From assembly GCA_964528395.1 (NCBI GenBank), contig CAZGTC010000004.1:26840-90839 (forward strand): a DNA stretch of 64,000 nucleotides. Reading direction: 5' to 3'. The position numbers and the translations under genes were made by a program. Shown in pieces: positions 59,232 to 64,000 of the stretch. The first letter of the stretch is position 1; every line of letters starts with the position of its first letter. Under the pieces are notes generated by a model. It was not told the DNA's origin. It worked only from the letters and a program-made list of their open reading frames with translations, and ran no database searches. Origin of the DNA: an uncultured bacterium. Its GTDB lineage: Bacteria; Margulisbacteria; WOR-1; CAZGTC01.

Positions 59232-61022
59232 TTAAATCCTTTTCCATCCCAGCATAGCCAGCAAAGTTAAGAATTGATTGTAGTATCTATTAGCATCTTG
59301 ATACTCCCCTCCGCAATAGGCTGGAAGTCCTCTCCGACAAAGAGCGCTAAGGCGTACATGGAATTTTACCGCTAAGCGTTGTGCAGTTTTTTTGGGCCCC
59401 TCAGTCAAAACTTTGGCTAAAGCCTTAGCTCCTGCATAATACATAGCCACCGCCACTTGGTTATTCCAGCTTGCCATAATAACATTGTGAGGCTCTTTGC
59501 CTTGCATAACCAAGTTTAAAGCTTGGATCGCTTTTTGCCTCAAGGCTTGGTTCCCTTTTTGAGAAAGTACATCTTGAGCCAAGCGCCAAGGCACGCGAAT
59601 TGATTCTTTGCCGTTATTCCAAGTGCGGCTATATTTATTTGTCCATCCTGGCCTATGTTGGTCTTTGGGGATTGCAAAACTTAGGGTCCCATTTGGGTTT
59701 ACAGTTACCACAATCCAGTCTGGGATAATCTTGGGCCCCGTTTGATTTTGATAAAGAGGAGATTTTAATACTTGCGTGATTAAGGTATAAGCATCTTGTG
59801 CCAATTTGCTCCAAGAATTTCCCCAAGCCCGATAATATCCTGTAGCCAAATAAGAAAGATTAACGAGATAAGTATTGAGCTGATTAGCTTTTGCCAAAGA
59901 AAAGTGATATGGCGTAAGAAGGTGAAAAGTGTTTCCATTTGATAGTTTAATTTTTACAACTGCATCATGCCATAGGTCGTTTTTCATTTTATTTAAAAGC
60001 TGGGTACATAAGTGGCTTAGTAAAATTTTAGAGCTTGGATTACGCGGGTCTTTCACCATTGCGTCCGTCCATATTTTAGTTGTTTGCAGATTATGTAAAG
60101 CTATCTGCAGTGCAAAAACCATGTCTTGGTTTGCGTCGGTTGCGAAGTTTTTATTTGCCGCTGTCTCCCTTCTTGGTTGAGCAGGATTTGAGACAAGCCA
60201 AGCTGGCCTTCCATTCTTTCCTGCAGCGATAAAGATCTTTACCAAGCTGACTAAAGATTGATAAAACAACTCTTGTGGAGCAAAAGTAATAATAGAACTA
60301 TCCCTAAGCCGTTTTTTATAGTTTTTCCGCCCTCTCATAGCTAAGAAAAGCATTAAATAAGCTAAGCCTTCGGTATGGTTTTGGCCTTGTCCTTCTGATG
60401 GGTCATTTATGTAGACTCCTTGTAATCCTCCAGCAAATGAACTCAGTTTTAAATATTGGCGTAAAACGGTCTGGCTAAAGATGGGATCAATCAATGTTTG
60501 AAAATCGCGACTTACACTCCCCAGCATATGGACCTTTCCCTGTGCTTTAAGCAGAGGCCGAGCATCTAAGGAGATTGGCGCTGGCGGATTTAAAGGCGTA
60601 ACTATATCAAGGAGAGTTTGCGCTCTTTTCTCTGGATTGGCTTTTTTCCAGGCTAAAATTAGGGCGCGAACAACCCAAGCTTGATTATATAAAAAAATTC
60701 TTTTTGGGTTTTGTTTTGTTATGTTTCTTAGAATTACATAATATTGTTTTCTGATATCCTCTAAAGAAACTGAATTAAATTTTATCTTGTATTTTTCAAG
60801 AATTTTCAAAATTAGATACGACAAATGCTGATATGGCCCGATTGGTTCGTCTAAACTAGCTAATATTTTTTGTTTTTGTTCTTCTGTACATAATGTAATA
60901 TTATGTTTTCTAAGCATATTTGAAATTTGCTGCGGGGTTTTTTCCCTTATATCTACAGAGGAAGAAAGAGTACCCTCGCTTAAAAACAAAGAAGACATTG
61001 CAGCTAAATGGTTTATATACAT
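59232..61022 (-). CDS. Glycoside hydrolase family 8-like protein with an N-terminal extension.
   Basis: HTEGLAYLM matches the GH8 TSEGQSYGM proton-donor motif. FATDANQDMVFALQIA resembles the GH8 PROSITE signature A-[ST]-D-[AG]-D-x2-[IM]-A-x-[SA]-[LIVM]. Preceded by the locus motif and a GAGGGA RBS. Confidence 0.45.
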   Translation of the reverse strand: MYINHLAAMSSLFLSEGTLSSSVDIREKTPQQISNMLRKHNITLCTEEQKQKILASLDEPIGPYQHLSYLILKILEKYKIKFNSVSLEDIRKQYYVILRNITKQNPKRIFLYNQAWVVRALILAWKKANPEKRAQTLLDIVTPLNPPAPISLDARPLLKAQGKVHMLGSVSRDFQTLIDPIFSQTVLRQYLKLSSFAGGLQGVYINDPSEGQGQNHTEGLAYLMLFLAMRGRKNYKKRLRDSSIITFAPQELFYQSLVSLVKIFIAAGKNGRPAWLVSNPAQPRRETAANKNFATDANQDMVFALQIALHNLQTTKIWTDAMVKDPRNPSSKILLSHLCTQLLNKMKNDLWHDAVVKIKLSNGNTFHLLTPYHFSLAKANQLNTYLVNLSYLATGYYRAWGNSWSKLAQDAYTLITQVLKSPLYQNQTGPKIIPDWIVVTVNPNGTLSFAIPKDQHRPGWTNKYSRTWNNGKESIRVPWRLAQDVLSQKGNQALRQKAIQALNLVMQGKEPHNVIMASWNNQVAVAMYYAGAKALAKVLTEGPKKTAQRLAVKFHVRLSALCRRGLPAYCGGEYQDANRYYNQFLTLLAMLGWKRI

Positions 61023-61047
61023 ACATTATCCCTCTATATATATATCG
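61023..61047 (-). promoter_or_regulatory. Locus motif instance 5 (minus strand): CGATATATATATAGAGGGATAATGT immediately before the ATG of the GH8-like gene.
   Basis: Reverse complement of 61023-61047. Almost identical to instance 3. Confidence 0.55.
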
Positions 61048-61120
61048 TAATTTTTGGGGTAAAATTTCACCTTTTACACAGAATTTATCCGCGGACAGGG
61101 GTAAAATTTTGCTTGTTTTT

Positions 61121-62908
61121 TTATTGCCAGGATAACTTTTCTTCTGTTTGTTTATTGGCCAAGGCAGTGTGCGAAAACATTTCTACTACCTCAGCACGCG
61201 TTACGTTCTTATTCGGTTGTAAAGCTTTATCCTCAATATATTCTAATAGGCCGGCTTTTTTGGCAGCTTCTACGTATTTTGCCCCCCAATGGTCTGCCCC
61301 CACATCTACAAATGAAGGCTGCTCTGTAGCAGAGAATTCTAATAGGTCAAACCTTGCCAGCACTGCAATTGCCTCGGCTCGAGTTACTGGTTTATTTGGT
61401 TTGAACTGGTTTTTTGGATAGCCTTGAATGAGTCCTAGCTCCTGTGCTTTTTCAACATATCCGGCTGCCCAATGCCCTTTTTGGACATCCTTAAAAGTTG
61501 CCTTATATTTATTTTCTTTGGAAACATCCAAGCCCTTAGCCCTTATCAAAAGAGCAGCTAATTCTGCTCGGGTTAGAGAGCGCTGGGGCCGGAAAGTACC
61601 ATCTGGATACCCCTTGATTAAGCCTAATGTCCCCATATTTTCAATGGGTTCTTTGGCCCAATACCCTCCCTTAACATCACTATAATTAACTAAGCGTAAT
61701 ATCGCTCGCTCAATTTTTTCTTCTCCTGCCCGCACAACAATAATATTTTTACCTAAATCAGGCACTGTCATTATAGTTGAAAAAGTCTTATCTTTTGCAT
61801 TAACTTCTATGGTTTTATCATTCACAAAAACTTGATTCAATTCACTTACAACACGGCCAGTTACTTCCACTTTGTCCCCATAAATAATTGCCTTTTCTAG
61901 CGGCGCAGATAAAACAATCTGTGTTCCTGACGCTTTTTCCGCTGCCGGAATTTTCTTTTCCTGCCCTACATAACTGATCGAAAAGAAATGGGTTCCATTT
62001 TCCGGAGCTAAATTATAAGGATGGTAAGCATAGTTAAATTCCATCCCCCCTAGCCGCAAGCCCACTCCCGCTGTAGGATTGGTCTCATCCTCAATTTTGT
62101 TAATATCTTTTTCCAAGCCCAAGCGCAAAGCCAAGTTTTTCAAGGGGAAATATTCAGCTCCCACATGCCAAACCTGCGCCCCGCCAGAAAGAAGGTCTGC
62201 ATCCAAAACCAAGGTCAATTTTTGACCGCCAAAAGGATATAAGTTCAATTTTGAACCAACTTTAAGCACCTGGTTTATCGTCTGTTCTGTTCCCTTAGAA
62301 TTTTTTAACTTTGCCCCTCCCACATTTTGCACTGCCAAACCTAAAGAAAGGTCATCAGAAAAAGAATAAATTAGCCCTAAGTCCATCCCTAAACCAGAAG
62401 AAATTGCCTCACTAATATTCGAATTGCCATCTCCTCCTTGAGAATAGTATTTAAGGTTTGCTCCGATTTTGGTACGTATATTTTCCAAATTCAATCCATA
62501 CCCGACAAAAATTACACTTTTTTTCCAGGTTCCGGTTCCATTGGCAACCCCGGCACTGGTTCGAAGATCAATGCCCCCAGCATTCATCATAACCGCACCC
62601 AATCCAAAAGCAGAATTAGAAGTAATGGGATAGCCCCCTCCAAAAACCGTATAATCGACATCTCCCATTAGATTGGCAAACATACTAGTTAAACAAGGCT
62701 GGCGCATGCCCCCCAAGCCCGCAGGATTGATAAAAATAGCATCTCCCCCTTCAGCCAAAGCCACATAGGCCTTGCCCATGCCTAAGGGTCGCGCTCCGAC
62801 CCCAATATACATAGGATCTGCTAGGACCAAGCCATCAGCAAAAGCTGGGTTAGTAAAAAAGACCACGCCGAGGCTTAAAATCAAAAATAACTGTATTAGC
62901 CTTCTCAT
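61121..62908 (-). CDS. Outer-membrane protein: N-terminal PorV/FadL-like beta-barrel-type domain plus three C-terminal S-layer homology (SLH) domains.
   Basis: Signal peptide MRRLIQLFLILSLGVVFFTNPAFA. ARPLGMGKAYVALAEGGDAIFINPAGLGG motif. Three repeats of the GYPDGTFRPxxxVTRAE type SLH consensus. Confidence 0.55.
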   Translation of the reverse strand: MRRLIQLFLILSLGVVFFTNPAFADGLVLADPMYIGVGARPLGMGKAYVALAEGGDAIFINPAGLGGMRQPCLTSMFANLMGDVDYTVFGGGYPITSNSAFGLGAVMMNAGGIDLRTSAGVANGTGTWKKSVIFVGYGLNLENIRTKIGANLKYYSQGGDGNSNISEAISSGLGMDLGLIYSFSDDLSLGLAVQNVGGAKLKNSKGTEQTINQVLKVGSKLNLYPFGGQKLTLVLDADLLSGGAQVWHVGAEYFPLKNLALRLGLEKDINKIEDETNPTAGVGLRLGGMEFNYAYHPYNLAPENGTHFFSISYVGQEKKIPAAEKASGTQIVLSAPLEKAIIYGDKVEVTGRVVSELNQVFVNDKTIEVNAKDKTFSTIMTVPDLGKNIIVVRAGEEKIERAILRLVNYSDVKGGYWAKEPIENMGTLGLIKGYPDGTFRPQRSLTRAELAALLIRAKGLDVSKENKYKATFKDVQKGHWAAGYVEKAQELGLIQGYPKNQFKPNKPVTRAEAIAVLARFDLLEFSATEQPSFVDVGADHWGAKYVEAAKKAGLLEYIEDKALQPNKNVTRAEVVEMFSHTALANKQTEEKLSWQ

Positions 62909-62925
62909 ATCGATCGCCCCTTTCT

Positions 62926-64000
62926 CTACTGATGAATAATTAAAATTTTACCTTTGCCTAGTTGCGATTTGCCTTCGTTGTTTATTACTCGATATAGATA
63001 AACCCCGTCTCCCAGCACTTCGCCAAAACCATTTTTCCCGTCCCACGTTACGGTCCCGGCCCCACCAGCCCAATCAATTTTTTTCACCAAACGGGCAGAG
63101 ATATCAAAGATATAGACTGAAATATTCTTGGCTGAACCTGCATCAAAAACAATGGTAGTCTTATTTTCCACAGGGTTGCTGCTAGAAGGATTGAATGGAT
63201 TCGGATAATTATAAGAAGAACCGCCAGCAGAAGAACCGCCTATTCCTTCAACTTCAAATATAGCTGTATTGCTTTCTTTATTATCGCTTCTTACAATGCG
63301 CACCCTTTTAGTCCCAACGGTCAAACTTGGAACCTTTAATTCTATGCGGCTTGCTTCCCATGTAACAATCAAGGATCCAGGATCATTGCTCTTAATTGAC
63401 AAGGTTTGGTTATCTCCTTCAAAAATAACACTTCCGGAAGTCCCAAATTCTTTCCCAGAAATTACGATAACCACATCTTTTTTGGCTTTATCCGGAGAAA
63501 TGCTATTAATAACTGGAAATCCTGCCGGTTGGATACTTCCGGCTTTCACCAATTTAATATCATCGATAAGAATAGGAGTTTTTGAAGCCGCTTTCCCCAC
63601 AAAGACAATTTGATAGTGTGCAATTTTGCCTAAATCCAGATTTTGAGCTCCTTCTACTCTCTTAGACAAGGCTGCCAAAGGAATAGAATATTCCTTCCAA
63701 TTCGTATCTGACAAAACAATTAAATTCTGTGTATCATTGTCCGCCACTGCATAAGCATTGCCCGCTGCATCTTTTAGCTGTAATTTAATTTTATTTTGTC
63801 CCCCATCCCCTTTTATCCGGATAGAAACTGTATCAAATTTAGAAACATCCACAACATTATTTAGCTCGGCCCCAAATCCTCTCCACCCCGCCGGAGCTTC
63901 TGTAAAATTAATGCTTATTGCATAAACCTCGGTTGCTCCAGCATCTTTTTGCTGCTTAAGCACAGGATAGGATTTTTGCTCTGGGCCAAAAGAATAATAT
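62926..64000 (-). CDS. Secreted carbohydrate-binding protein (CBM-like, IPT/TIG, T9SS-type C-terminal sorting domain); 5' end lies beyond the window.
   Basis: The reading frame stays open upstream of the track GTG start to position 64000. CBM-like beta-sandwich segment (ILIDDIKLV), IPT/TIG segment (PVINSISPDKAKKDVVIVISGKEFG), and C-terminus PNPFNP...NISVYIFDISARLV...GDGVYLYRV...KILIIHQ. Confidence 0.5.
   Translation of the reverse strand, partial: YYSFGPEQKSYPVLKQQKDAGATEVYAISINFTEAPAGWRGFGAELNNVVDVSKFDTVSIRIKGDGGQNKIKLQLKDAAGNAYAVADNDTQNLIVLSDTNWKEYSIPLAALSKRVEGAQNLDLGKIAHYQIVFVGKAASKTPILIDDIKLVKAGSIQPAGFPVINSISPDKAKKDVVIVISGKEFGTSGSVIFEGDNQTLSIKSNDPGSLIVTWEASRIELKVPSLTVGTKRVRIVRSDNKESNTAIFEVEGIGGSSAGGSSYNYPNPFNPSSSNPVENKTTIVFDAGSAKNISVYIFDISARLVKKIDWAGGAGTVTWDGKNGFGEVLGDGVYLYRVINNEGKSQLGKGKILIIHQ

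Noticed and set aside
30700-61100. The possibility that the giant-gene locus is a prophage or integrative element, including a PurZ-like Z-genome module.
   Set aside because: No integrase, transposase, tRNA target, direct-repeat boundaries, or phage structural or replication genes. Composition is similar to the flanks. The PurA-like gene is larger than phage PurZ, and its partner HD domain is embedded in a giant bacterial-type protein.

Overview
Low-GC (roughly 40-45%), gene-dense bacterial chromosomal window. The skp-lpxD pair and a PorV-like/SLH surface protein point to a Gram-negative envelope. No rRNA, tRNA, CRISPR array, integrase or transposase was found. My impression is an uncultivated-lineage genome; the giant proteins are reminiscent of Omnitrophota-type giant genes, but that is a guess.

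Positions 1-30.6 kb are mostly housekeeping: icd, rnfA-rnfB, miaA, rlmD, hisD, a PGI/PMI SIS-domain isomerase, an S41 protease, an M23 peptidase, a short uvrC, rplI-rpsR-ssb-ssb-rpsF, ychF-nadC-cdsA-uppS-frr-pyrH, mnmG, and skp-lpxD-GT4. A small accessory patch at 6-11.3 kb interrupts this. It holds a PHP phosphoesterase, a DUF4143 AAA ATPase, a YefM/YoeB toxin-antitoxin pair, and two paralogous secreted proteins. The paralogues share a signal peptide, a 5'UTR and a 3' flank, and their promoters carry (AAT)n tracts of different length in the -35/-10 spacer.

A near-identical ~64-nt two-hairpin element, with a compensatory base change in one stem, sits upstream of both the rpsF and pyrH operons.

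From 30.7 kb to the window end lies the most unusual part: a ~30 kb locus of giant ORFs (385, 1212, 1227, 2168, 1323 and 1881 aa), a divergently transcribed and highly divergent adenylosuccinate-synthetase (PurA)-like gene, a beta-rich 722-aa protein, and a GH8-like protein. All five apparent transcription units carry the same upstream motif, CGATATATATAT followed by GAGGGA and the start codon. The 1227-aa protein combines a nucleoside-diphosphate-kinase-like domain, a P-loop (GPSGSGKT) and an HD phosphohydrolase domain. The PurA-like protein keeps the GTP/IMP-site motifs but has a replaced aspartate-binding loop. I read this as a candidate undescribed, co-regulated nucleotide-converting system built into giant envelope-associated proteins.

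The locus is followed by a PorV-like/SLH outer-membrane protein and a CBM/IPT protein with a T9SS-type C-terminal sorting domain.
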